11,267 bases of DNA. It comes from a virus (taxonomy: Duplodnaviria > Heunggongvirae > Uroviricota > Caudoviricetes). The notes beneath the pieces are model-generated. The model worked only from the letters and a program-made list of their open reading frames with translations, had not been told where the DNA came from and did not search any database. The translations under genes and the position numbers were made by a program. Within the stretch, counting starts at the first letter, position 1. The number at the start of each line of letters is the position of its first letter. This document shows positions 1 through 8,138 of this stretch, piece after piece. The stretch covers positions 1-11,267 of the IMG/VR virus record IMGVR_UViG_2526164634_000012. One strand, written 5' to 3'.

Positions 1-533
1 TGTGGGCGATTGACTGCGGCGATCTTCCGCTGGCGTTGCGTATTGGTGCGTATGTGGTCCGTCATAACCTCATTATGCCGGATAACTTTGGCCGTACTGC
101 TGCCACAGTGCTGACCGAAGAAATCTGCAACCCGGTACTGACGCAGGCCGGGGCGGATGCCGACGCGGATTTGTCCGCCTTTATCGAACCACTGGACACC
201 CTCCGGAAGATTGTCACCGACCAGGACATGCCGGACGAAGTACGCGCCAAATTATGCAAGGCGTGCGCCTTTGCCCGTCGTGGTCTGACCGATGCAGACA
301 ACATGGCCTTATCACTGAAGCTGCTGCGCGAAGCGATGCACCTGAACCCGAACGCAGGTGTGAAACGCGAGATTGCAACCCTTTCCCGCGCCCTGAAAAA
401 AGCCGATTCCGCAGCCGCATCAGAAGACGCCAGCGCACAGCAGGCGCAGGACGAAAGCAGCAAAAGTAAAAAGACAACGCGGAAGCCTGCAACACGAAAA
501 ACCACCGCGACGCAGAAGGCGAAGCGCGGTTAA
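1..533 (+). CDS. M: Terminase small (endonuclease) subunit, P2 gpM-like; 5'-partial, frame open from window edge
   Basis: Frame is open from position 3 with no stop until TGA at 531-533. Lys/Thr/Ala-rich basic C-terminal tail. Sits immediately upstream of an L-like gene as in P2. Confidence 0.75.
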   Translation, partial: WAIDCGDLPLALRIGAYVVRHNLIMPDNFGRTAATVLTEEICNPVLTQAGADADADLSAFIEPLDTLRKIVTDQDMPDEVRAKLCKACAFARRGLTDADNMALSLKLLREAMHLNPNAGVKREIATLSRALKKADSAAASEDASAQQAQDESSKSKKTTRKPATRKTTATQKAKRG

Positions 534-634
534 CGACTGACCCCGTCAGCGGGCGGCGTGCGCGGTGTTCCGGTTTGACTCCGTGGCCGTTTACACCGCG
601 CACCCACCGCCCGATTTTTTCAGGAGTGAATCCC

Positions 635-1129
635 ATGAGCATGGTTGCCAGAACCAACCCCGGCCCCGCAGAGGACGACATCACCGATACCGATGATGGT
701 GATACCCGTATTTCAGCGGGTGCATTCTGGCCGGATATTGTGCTGCGTGAGCTGCGTCTGGCGGTACGACTGCCGGGCCGTGTGACCACCTCCCGTCTGC
801 TGCATACCGCCACCGGGGCTGTGGCACATGTTACCCGCGAGCTGGAAGCATGGCAGCAGGAACAGCAGGCGGCTGGCCATCAGACGCTGGCCGATGTTCC
901 GGCACCCGTAATTAACGGAGAAAGCGTCAATCTCTGGCACTGGCGCAATGCGGTTTACACCGCCACACGCGCCCTGATTCTGGAGCGTTACCGCGATGCG
1001 GACACAACGGACAAGGGCGACCGCCGGGCGGACGCACTGGATATACAGACATCGGATTTGTGGCGTGATGTGAGCTGGGCCATCTCTGACATTCTGTGCC
1101 GTCCGCGAATCTTTGCGGAGTTGTGCTGA
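635..1129 (+). CDS. L: Head completion/stabilisation protein, P2 gpL-like
   Basis: ATG at 635 preceded by AGGAG (622-626); ORF-track ORF 575..1129 trimmed to this start. About 164 aa, close to P2 L. Stop TGA overlaps the ATG of the next gene by 1 nt. Confidence 0.8.
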   Translation: MSMVARTNPGPAEDDITDTDDGDTRISAGAFWPDIVLRELRLAVRLPGRVTTSRLLHTATGAVAHVTRELEAWQQEQQAAGHQTLADVPAPVINGESVNLWHWRNAVYTATRALILERYRDADTTDKGDRRADALDIQTSDLWRDVSWAISDILCRPRIFAELC

Positions 1130-1329
1130 TGAAAGTAAAGGCACTGGAAGGCGACACCGTGGATTCGCTCTGTTTCCGGTACTACGGCACGACGCAGGGC
1201 GTCACCGAAAAGGTGCTGGATGCCAACCCCGGACTCTGTCAGCAGGTATTTCTGGACGCCGGGCAGGAAGTGGAGATGCCGGAGCCGGAGAAGAAGAAAC
1301 GAGAAATGATTCAGTTGTGGGGGGAGTAG
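1129..1329 (+). CDS. X: Tail protein X (LysM-like), P2 gpX-like
   Basis: 66-aa ORF starting MKVKALEGDTVDSLCFRYYG..., matching the P2 X pattern (..GDTLD.ICVRYYG..NPGL). Start is the internal ATG at 1129 of track ORF 1096..1329. Confidence 0.8.
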   Translation: MKVKALEGDTVDSLCFRYYGTTQGVTEKVLDANPGLCQQVFLDAGQEVEMPEPEKKKREMIQLWGE

Positions 1330-1331
1330 CA

Positions 1332-1640
1332 GTGAGCACCATTCAAACAGGGATCACAGAGCAGGTTATTGCGTGGCTCTTTGACCACCTGCCAACGGTG
1401 TATGCAGTAGGCGCGGCGGTCAGCATTTCCGCGCTGATGAGTCTTTATGACGGACGAACACTGGTTCAGACCGTAACGGGATCGCTGGCGTGCGGCGTTC
1501 TTGCCATGGCCGTGGCCGGGTCGTTGCGCTTCTTCGGTTTTCCTGAAGATGCCGTGACGTTTATCGGCGCACTCAATCGGTTTTATGGGGGGCAGAGAAA
1601 GCACGCGACAAGGTTATTGCGGCCTTTAATCGCAGGGTGA
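1332..1640 (+). CDS. Holin (two predicted TM helices); 3' end uncertain, alternative frame ends at 1657
   Basis: GTG at 1332 preceded by GGGGGAG. Hydrophobic stretches TVYAVGAAVSISALMSL and LVQTVTGSLACGVLAMAVAGSL. Position between X and the endolysin matches P2 Y. Confidence 0.6.
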   Translation: MSTIQTGITEQVIAWLFDHLPTVYAVGAAVSISALMSLYDGRTLVQTVTGSLACGVLAMAVAGSLRFFGFPEDAVTFIGALNRFYGGQRKHATRLLRPLIAG

Positions 1641-1653
1641 AGGAGAAGGACGA

Positions 1654-2045
1654 ATGAGCAACACATTTAAATTCAGCAGCCGGAGCGAAAAGAATTTGCA
1701 GGGCGTAAATCCTGATCTGGTGAAAGTGACCCGACGGGCACTGGAAATCTCGGAAGCGGATTTGGTATCACCGAAGGGTTGCGCAGCCGTTACCGCCAGA
1801 AGCAACTGGTGGCCACGGGTAAGAGCCAGACCATGAACAGCCGCCACCTTACGGGGCATGCCGTGGATGTTGTGGCTTATATCGGCAGCCAGGTGTCATG
1901 GGAATGGTCGCTGTACGAAAAAATCGCAGCAGCATTCAGACAGGCCAGCCGGGAACTGAATATTCCGGTGGAATGGGGCGGCGACTGGAAGACCCTGAAA
2001 GACGGACCGCATTTTCAGTTACCACACGGAGCCTATCCGGCATGA
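1654..2045 (+). pseudogene. Endolysin, peptidase M15 (L-alanyl-D-glutamate / VanY-like) family; frame broken by apparent 1-nt deletion in T-run at 1761-1763
   Basis: Track ORFs 1654..1836 and 1779..2045 join into one ~131-aa protein if GATTTGG is read as GATTTTGG, giving ...EADFGITEGLRSRYRQKQLVATGKSQTMNSRHLTGHAVDV... with Zn-binding H-x6-D and downstream GPHFQ histidine. AAGGAG RBS lies upstream of ATG 1654. Confidence 0.7.
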
Positions 2046-2449
2046 AGCTCTGGCCCACGCTGGGTGTCGCTTTCCTTCTGATTGCCGCATGGGGAACATC
2101 CATACGTCTGTCGTGGTCGCTGGGCCGGGAGAACGCCAGAAACGAAGCGCAGGCCAGCACCCTGAAAAGTACCGTCGACACCCTGAATATCATCAGCACC
2201 GGGGTACAGGATATGCAGCAGGTGCTGGCGCAACTCCGCGTGGAAAATCAGCAACGCAATCAGGACGGAGAAGCCATACGTGAACAGCTACGCAACGATA
2301 TTGCAAAAGATGAATGCGCCCACGCTTTGCCTGATGCTCGTTTTACTGACAGGTTGCGCAGGCACGCAGAACGCGCCACGGCCAGCGCCGTCAGTCCGGC
2401 TTATACCGCAGACGCTGACCATACCGGTAACGCCTCCCCCCTTCCCTGA
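2042..2449 (+). CDS. lysB: i-spanin (Rz-like), P2 LysB-like
   Basis: ATG 2042 overlaps the endolysin stop (ATGA). N-terminal TM segment LWPTLGVAFLLIAAWG followed by a coiled-coil-like Q/E/R-rich region. Contains the embedded out-of-frame lipoprotein gene. Confidence 0.7.
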   Translation: MKLWPTLGVAFLLIAAWGTSIRLSWSLGRENARNEAQASTLKSTVDTLNIISTGVQDMQQVLAQLRVENQQRNQDGEAIREQLRNDIAKDECAHALPDARFTDRLRRHAERATASAVSPAYTADADHTGNASPLP

Positions 2450-2600
2450 CACTCCCACATGGGGAAATCTCGGTATATGGGGCGACCGCCTTCTGGATGC
2501 ACTGGAAACCTGTAACGCGGATAAACGGGCCATTGAATTACTGGAACAGCGCAGACTGCAACGACTGAACAACGAGGACAACAACCATGCTGAAAACTGA
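2310..2600 (+). CDS. lysC: o-spanin (Rz1-like outer-membrane lipoprotein), P2 LysC-like, embedded in and extending past lysB
   Basis: Lipobox LLTGC after a hydrophobic stretch; Pro-rich mature region. The 96-aa length from ATG 2310 equals P2 LysC; an alternative GTG start at 2280 has a better RBS (GGAGAAG). Confidence 0.65.
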   Translation: MNAPTLCLMLVLLTGCAGTQNAPRPAPSVRLIPQTLTIPVTPPPFPDTPTWGNLGIWGDRLLDALETCNADKRAIELLEQRRLQRLNNEDNNHAEN

Positions 2601-3054
2601 TTCCCTGCGTGAAGCCATGACCCGTTCATGCCGATGGTGTCAGGCCAACCCGGAAAAATTCACCATTTTCGTGGAGAGCGGCAACATTGAAACGACCGGA
2701 GAAACACCCTCGTTTGTTTACCGCTATCAGATGGTGATGTTTGTCATGGATTACGCCGGGGAGCTGGACGACCTCACGCTGCCGCTGCTGGCGTGGTTAT
2801 CCGAAAATCAGCCACAGTTGTTGCTCAACCCTGAGCGTAATCAGGACATCAAATTTTCCGCCGTTATCAATGACGATGACAGCGCCGATCTCCTGTTTAC
2901 GCTCCCCCTGCGGGAACGCGTTCGCATCACGCGCAGCAGTCAGGGCACACCGCAGGCAGAACACCTGCCGGAGCCAAAACCCCGCCTGCCATCTTCCGAA
3001 GGCGACTGGTCGCATGTATTCCAGGATGTGACGTGGGGTGAAAGCGATGGATAA
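2587..3054 (+). CDS. R: Tail completion protein R, P2 gpR-like
   Basis: 155 aa, the same length as P2 R. Starts MLKTDSLREAM... and contains LLAWLSENQP, matching the recalled P2 R pattern. Confidence 0.8.
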   Translation: MLKTDSLREAMTRSCRWCQANPEKFTIFVESGNIETTGETPSFVYRYQMVMFVMDYAGELDDLTLPLLAWLSENQPQLLLNPERNQDIKFSAVINDDDSADLLFTLPLRERVRITRSSQGTPQAEHLPEPKPRLPSSEGDWSHVFQDVTWGESDG

Positions 3055-3683
3055 GGCATTCACCCGCGTGGATGAAACCTTTGAGGCCATCCGCGACAGC
3101 CTGAATCAGCAGGCCATCAATAACATCGCCAGAAAGCTGGCACAGGATTTACGCCGCGCCCAGCAGGCGCGCATCCGGTCACAGAAAGCGCCGGACGGGA
3201 CCGCATGGACACCACGCAGACGCCGCGTAACCCGGATACAGGAGCGCATTCGCTTTATCTGGAATAACGAAGCACGCACGCTGAAAAACTGGCATCACGA
3301 CACGGGGAAATACGGGCGAACCATTACCGGGTGGGATGAGGATAAAAACAATATCCGCACGTTTTACCGGGATGACATCGACCGTTTTTCTGGAAATACG
3401 CACCCGGCGCATCAACCAGGACAGCACAAAGCGCGTCCCCATGTTCGTAAAACTGCGCACCGCCCGCTACCTGAAAGCCCGTGCAGATGCTTCCGGTGTG
3501 ACGGTGGGTTACAGCGGCGTGGCCGCACGTATTGCACGCGTTCATCAGTTCGGTGAGCGCGATCAGGTTGCGCCGGGCATTTTCACCGATTACCCGGTAC
3601 GTGAGCTGCTGGGTATCAGCCAGGCAGATGAGCGCCTGATTTATAACACGGTGCTGGGCCGGATTGCGGAGGCTGTACGGTGA
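3047..3683 (+). pseudogene. S: Tail completion / virion morphogenesis protein S, P2 gpS-like; frame switches at TTTTT run 3385-3389
   Basis: Track ORF 3038..3556 is protein-like only up to ...FYRDDIDRF, then becomes Arg/His/Pro/Cys-rich. Track ORF 3336..3683 is protein-like only from LEIRTRR onward (...IARVHQFGERD...YPVRELLG...). Removing one T joins them. Start could be GTG 3038 or ATG 3047. Confidence 0.55.
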
Positions 3684-4260
3684 GCGCAGAACTCATGCGA
3701 CTGCTGAGCAACATCATCCGTACCGGGATCATCTCTGAAGTTGATGAGGAATCCTGGTGCGTGCGCGTTCGCAGCGGCGAACTGGAAACAGGCTGGCTGC
3801 GCTGGAACACCACGCGCGCGGGAGCCTTCAATGTGTGGCTGCCGCCATCACCAGGCGAACAGGTGGTAATTGCCTGCATTGGCGGCAACCCGGAAACCGC
3901 CATGATAATTGGCAGCCTGTGGAGTGATGCCAGTCCGGCCCCCGGCAAAAGCCTGAAAGAAATCGTGATCAGCGCGCCGGATGGCGCGGTGTTCCGCTAC
4001 GACACGGACGCAGGCGCACTGAGCGCCAGCGGCATGAAAACAGCCACCCTGCAGGCATCCGTCAGCGTGACACTGGATACGCCCGTCGTGGAATGCACAG
4101 ACCTTCTGAGAACAGCGACGCTTGACGTCACAAAAGGGGGAAGATGAGCGGCAATATCACGCACAGCGGCGGCGATTTCACCTCAAACGGCATCACAGTG
4201 CATACGCATAAGCACGGTGGCGTTAAAGGTGGCAGCGATTCGACAGGAGGCCCGCAGTGA
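3680..4260 (+). pseudogene. V: Baseplate spike/assembly protein V, P2 gpV-like; frame broken near 4136-4143
   Basis: Track ORF 3680..4147 ends ...LDVTKGGR*. A short frame from 4144 encodes MSGNITHSGGDFTSNGITVHTHKHGG..., the His-rich apex motif of gpV. A 1-nt insertion in GGGGGAAG would give ...TKGGKMSGNITHSGG... as one ~193-aa protein. GTG start overlaps the S stop (GTGA). Confidence 0.7.
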
Positions 4261-4607
4261 CAACCCGCTACACAGGAATGAATCCGGACGGGACGGGAAA
4301 CCTGAACGATATGGAGCACCTGAAACAGTCAGTCAGGGACATCCTGATCACCCCGCTGGCAAGCCGGGTTATGCGACGGGAATATGGCAGCCTTGTGCCT
4401 GATTTGATTGACGAACCCATGAATAACACAACTCGTCTGCAATGCATGAGTGCTGCCGTGATTGCGCTGACACGATGGGAACCCCGCATTGCCCTGGACG
4501 CCATCGACGTTGTCTGGAAAGCGGGAGGCCGCGCCGGGGTGACGCTGTCGGGCACTGTCATGCAGACCATGCAGAATGTTGAGTTAACCATCACGCTGAA
4601 GGAGTAA
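4257..4607 (+). CDS. W: Baseplate wedge protein W (gp25/GPW family), P2 gpW-like
   Basis: 116 aa from GTG 4257, overlapping the V stop; position and size match P2 W (115 aa). An alternative ATG start lies at 4278. Confidence 0.75.
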   Translation: MTTRYTGMNPDGTGNLNDMEHLKQSVRDILITPLASRVMRREYGSLVPDLIDEPMNNTTRLQCMSAAVIALTRWEPRIALDAIDVVWKAGGRAGVTLSGTVMQTMQNVELTITLKE

Positions 4608-4610
4608 ATC

Positions 4611-5507
4611 ATGCCCGCCGTTGACCTTTCCCAGTTACCGGAACCCGCCATCATCGCGGAGCCTGACTTTGAGGCAATTCTGGCTGACACAAAGGCCATG
4701 ATGATTGCGGCTTATCCCGCCGAACAGCGTGAAGCCGTCTCCGCCGCGCTGGAGCTGGAATCGGAACCCCTGAACGTTATCGCCCAGACAACAGCGTTTC
4801 GTGAAATGCTGTTACGCCAGCGGGTCAATGAGGGGGCACGCGCCTGCATGTTAAGCCACAGCGCCGGGACAGACCTGGACAACCTCGCGGGCAATATGAA
4901 CACAAAGCGCCTGACCATCACTCCGGCAACGGATACCACCGACGCAGTGATGGAAAGTGACACCTCGCTGAGACTGCGGGCACAGCGGGCGTACGATGGC
5001 CTGAGTGTTGCTGGCCCGTCAGGTGCATACGAGTATTTTGCACGCAGCGCCAGCGGTCTGGTGCGTGATGCGCGGGCCATCAGCCCGTCTCCGGCCTGTG
5101 TGACGGTTTCCATTCTGTCCACTGAAGGCGACGGCACAGCAACGGAGGCGTTGCTTAATACCGTTCGCGCCGTTCTGAATGCAGAGGATACCCGTCCGGT
5201 GGCCGACCGCCTGACCGTACAGAGCGCCAGAATCGTGACATGGCGGCTGAATGCAAAACTGTACTTTTACCCCGGCCCGGAATCCGAACCTATTCTGGCC
5301 GCGGCTGAATCGTCGTTCAGGAAGTGGCTGGCTGAGCAGGGGCTTATCGGTCAGGACGTGGCGTTGTCCGCCATTGCTGCCGCACTGCATGTGCACGGTG
5401 TGCAACGCGTGGAGATAATCGAACCCACACAGAATATGGCCATCAGCGACATACAGGCGGCGCGCTGTGAGTCATTCACCATCAGCGAAGGTGGGCGCAA
5501 TGAGTAA
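4611..5507 (+). CDS. J: Baseplate protein J, P2 gpJ-like
   Basis: 298 aa; begins MPAVDLSQLPEP..., and contains ...RLTITPA...GLSVAG...SPSPACVT...RPVADRVTVQSA..., matching the recalled P2 J pattern. Confidence 0.85.
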   Translation: MPAVDLSQLPEPAIIAEPDFEAILADTKAMMIAAYPAEQREAVSAALELESEPLNVIAQTTAFREMLLRQRVNEGARACMLSHSAGTDLDNLAGNMNTKRLTITPATDTTDAVMESDTSLRLRAQRAYDGLSVAGPSGAYEYFARSASGLVRDARAISPSPACVTVSILSTEGDGTATEALLNTVRAVLNAEDTRPVADRLTVQSARIVTWRLNAKLYFYPGPESEPILAAAESSFRKWLAEQGLIGQDVALSAIAAALHVHGVQRVEIIEPTQNMAISDIQAARCESFTISEGGRNE

Positions 5508-6108
5508 TTCGTTGTTACCACCATCAGCCAGCAATTTCATGCGTTGTGCCGAAGCCGTCGGAACACGCATTACAGACATTCCGGTAGACCTCAACACGCT
5601 GTGGTCGCCGGACACCTGCCCGGTGCATCTGCTGCCTTATCTCGCCTGGGCGTTTTCCGTTGACCGCTGGGATCGCAACTGGCCGGAAGAGACAAAGCGA
5701 CAGGTGATTCGTGATGCATGGCTGATACACCGACACAAAGGGACCATCAGCGCACTGCGAAGAGCCGTGGAGCCTCTCGGTTACCTGATTGAAGTAAAGG
5801 AGTGGTGGCAACTCAACGAGGAGCCGGGAACATTTCGCATTGTTGTCGGAGTACTTGATCAGGGCATCACCGATGAAATGTATCAGGAACTTGAGCGCCT
5901 TATTGCGGATGCAAAACCAGTAAGTCGCCATCTGACGGGGCTGGCGATCAGCCTGAGTGTGAACGGAAAGATTTTCGTTGGTACGGGATGCTATCACGGC
6001 GATGCCCTGACGGTTTATCCCTACACCCCGGAGTCCATTATTGTCGAAGGGGACTATTTCCCTGCCCCGGCCATTCATTTAATTGATAATCTGAGAGTAA
6101 ACGCATGA
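5500..6108 (+). CDS. I: Baseplate/tail protein I, P2 gpI-like
   Basis: ATG 5500 after GGTGGG, overlapping the J stop. Contains WSPDTCPVHLLPYLAWAFSVDRWD and ...RLIADAKP.SRHL..., matching recalled P2 I. Start chosen inside track ORF 5467..6108. Confidence 0.8.
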   Translation: MSNSLLPPSASNFMRCAEAVGTRITDIPVDLNTLWSPDTCPVHLLPYLAWAFSVDRWDRNWPEETKRQVIRDAWLIHRHKGTISALRRAVEPLGYLIEVKEWWQLNEEPGTFRIVVGVLDQGITDEMYQELERLIADAKPVSRHLTGLAISLSVNGKIFVGTGCYHGDALTVYPYTPESIIVEGDYFPAPAIHLIDNLRVNA

Positions 6109-8137
6109 CAGTGAAATACTACGCCATTCTGACTAATCAGGGCGCGGCACGACTGGCTAACGCGACGATGCTCGGCAGTAAGCTGAATCTGACGCAAATG
6201 GCCGTTGGTGATGCAAATGGTGTGTTACCAACACCAGACCCTGCACAAACAAAACTGATTAACCAGAAACGCATTGCACCGCTGAATCTTCTGAGTGTTG
6301 ACCCTAACAATCAGAGCCAGATTATTGCGGAGCAAATCATCCCTGAAAACGAGGGAGGATTCTGGATCCGTGAGATTGGTCTTTATGATGATGAAGGTGT
6401 ACTCATTGCGGTGGCAAACTGCCCGGAAACGTACAAACCGCAGTTGCAGGAAGGCAGTGGTCGTACCCAGACTATCCGCATGATTCTGGTTGTCACGAAC
6501 ACCGAAGCCATCACGCTGAAAATCGACCCGTCTGTGGTTCTGGCAACCCGCAAATATGTGGATGATAAAATCTCAGAGCACGAACAGTCACGACATCACC
6601 CGGACGCCTCGCTGACCGCAAAAGGTTTTACTCAGTTAAGCAGTGCAATTAACAGTGAATCAGAAACACTGGCCGCAACACCGAAAGCAGTTAAGGCTGC
6701 ATATGACCTGGCTGACGGGAAATATACCGCCCAGAACGCCACCACAACACAAAAAGGGATTGTTCAGCTCAGTAGCGCCACGAACAGCACGTCTGAAACG
6801 CTGGCAGCAACACCAAAAGCTGTTAAGGCGGTAATGGATGAAACGAACAAGAAAGCACCATTAAACAGCCCGGCACTGACCGGAACGCCAACAACACCAA
6901 CAGCGCCACAGGGGACTAATAGTACCCAGATCGCAAGCACGGCTTTCGTTATGGCCGCGATTGCCGCACTTGTAGATTCGTCACCTGATGCACTAAACAC
7001 GCTGAGCGAACTGGCTGCGGCGCTGGCAATGACCCGAATTTTGCGACCACCATGACTAACGCGCTTGCGGGTAAGCAACCGAAAGATGCCACCCTGACGG
7101 CGCTGGCCGGGCTTGTTACTGCGGCAGACAGGTTTCCGTATTTTACGGGGAATGACGTTGCCAGTTTGGCAACCCTGACAGAAGTCGGGCGGGATATTCT
7201 TGCGAAATCGACCGTTGCCGCTGTTATCGAATACCTCGGTTTACAGGAAACGGTAAACAAGGCTGGTAACGCCGTTCAGCGTTCCGGCGATAAAATGACC
7301 GGAGAACTGAAAATTGGAACGATGAATGCGCTGCGAATTTTTAATGATGCCTTCGGTCTTATTTTCCGCCGTTCAGAAGAGTCCCTTCATTTCATCCCTA
7401 CGGCTGAAGGACAAGGCGAAAACGGTGATATCGGCCCATTAAGGCCATTCGCTATAAATCTAAGAACAGGTGCTATATATGTCAGCCACGGGGCCAAAAT
7501 TGAAGGAGGTCTAGCTATTGGTGCTACTGATAACGCACTGGGTGAAAACTCCATTGTTCTGGGAGATAACGACACCGGATTTAGGCAAGATGGAGATGGT
7601 ATTATTAGCTTCTATTCAAATGGTTCGCGCATCGGACATATTGATGGGTTAGGATTACATCTTTATAAAGATATTGAATCTAATTGCAGCAATTTTAGAT
7701 TAAAAAGTAATTACCGCCACCACATTACATTCACCAACGAAGACGGAAGTATTCGTATGTTTTTGTGGAAAGATAACGGTGGTGATGGTGTTCATATTAA
7801 TAACGGTTCAGATGGTGGTGGTGATTTCATTTTTAAAACAGATGGGGGATTTGCGCTGGGAAGTGGTGCGCAAGTTGCGTCTAGTGGCGATATTTATGGT
7901 TCAGTGTGGGGAAACAACTGGTTAAGCACATGGCTGCATAATCATGTCGTTCGGGATATTCGTCTTGGCAGCATTGAATATAAAAACGTATGGCGCGACT
8001 ACGGCTTTGGCGATGCGTCAGGTTATGTTTTAACAGCCGCAATTAACGGCAATGCGGATGATCTTGTCGACACTGTTGCCAGAAGGCCAATTCAGAAATT
8101 GATTGGGGGAATATGGTACAACGTGGGGAGTGTTTAA
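6105..8137 (+). pseudogene. H: Tail fibre protein H, P2 gpH-like; frame broken by apparent 1-nt deletion in G-run at 7025-7026
   Basis: Track ORFs 6105..7055 and 7052..8137 are the N and C parts of one gene. Reading CTGGCAAT as CTGGGCAAT restores ...ELAAALGNDPNFATTMTNALAGKQPKDATLTALAGL..., a junction I recall from P2 H. C-terminus ...[17 protein letters not shown] resembles the P2 H end. Confidence 0.8.
6624..6836 (+). repeat. Two copies of the phage tail-fibre repeat motif (QLSSA.NS.SETLAATPKAVKA) within H
   Basis: GFTQLSSAINSESETLAATPKAVKAA at about 6624-6704 and GIVQLSSATNSTSETLAATPKAVKAV at about 6756-6836, repeated at protein level with diverged DNA. Confidence 0.55.
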
Positions 8138-8138
8138 G

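Noticed and set aside
62-813. Reverse-strand ORFs 62..505 and 214..813 (147 and 199 aa)
   Set aside because: Antisense to the clearly identifiable M and L genes; translations are Arg/Ser/Ala/Cys-rich with no recognisable motifs, typical of the opposite strand of GC-rich coding sequence.
3250-3410. Internal duplication within S (short similarity between about 3251-3270 and 3383-3400)
   Set aside because: Only about 15 of 19 nt match before similarity decays; too short to distinguish from chance without a proper alignment.
3540-3680. Ogr-type late promoter (TGT-N12-ACA dyad) upstream of V, and likewise in the M-L spacer
   Set aside because: I searched by eye and found no TGT-N12-ACA with correct spacing in 3540-3680 or 534-634. 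S and V overlap, so any promoter for V would be embedded in coding sequence; none is supportable from sequence alone.
3336-3683. Track ORF 3336..3683 as an independent gene starting at its ATG
   Set aside because: Its first 17 codons overlap the protein-like part of the S frame and look non-coding; only the region after the T5 run looks coding. Interpreted as the 3' part of S, not a separate gene.
4144-4260. 38-aa ORF MSGNITHSGG... as a stand-alone small protein
   Set aside because: It is the conserved His-rich C-terminal apex of gpV displaced by a 1-nt frame change, not an independent gene.
5524-6078. Reverse-strand ORF of 184 aa antisense to gene I
   Set aside because: Entirely contained within the well-supported gpI coding region on the other strand; no RBS or start context and no recognisable family. 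Treated as a spurious antisense ORF.
1654-8137. Programmed ribosomal frameshifting as an explanation for the split genes
   Set aside because: The known programmed frameshift of P2-like phages is in the E/E' tail chaperone gene, which is not in this window. The sites here are simple homopolymers without slippery heptamer plus downstream structure, and one occurs in an IS gene.
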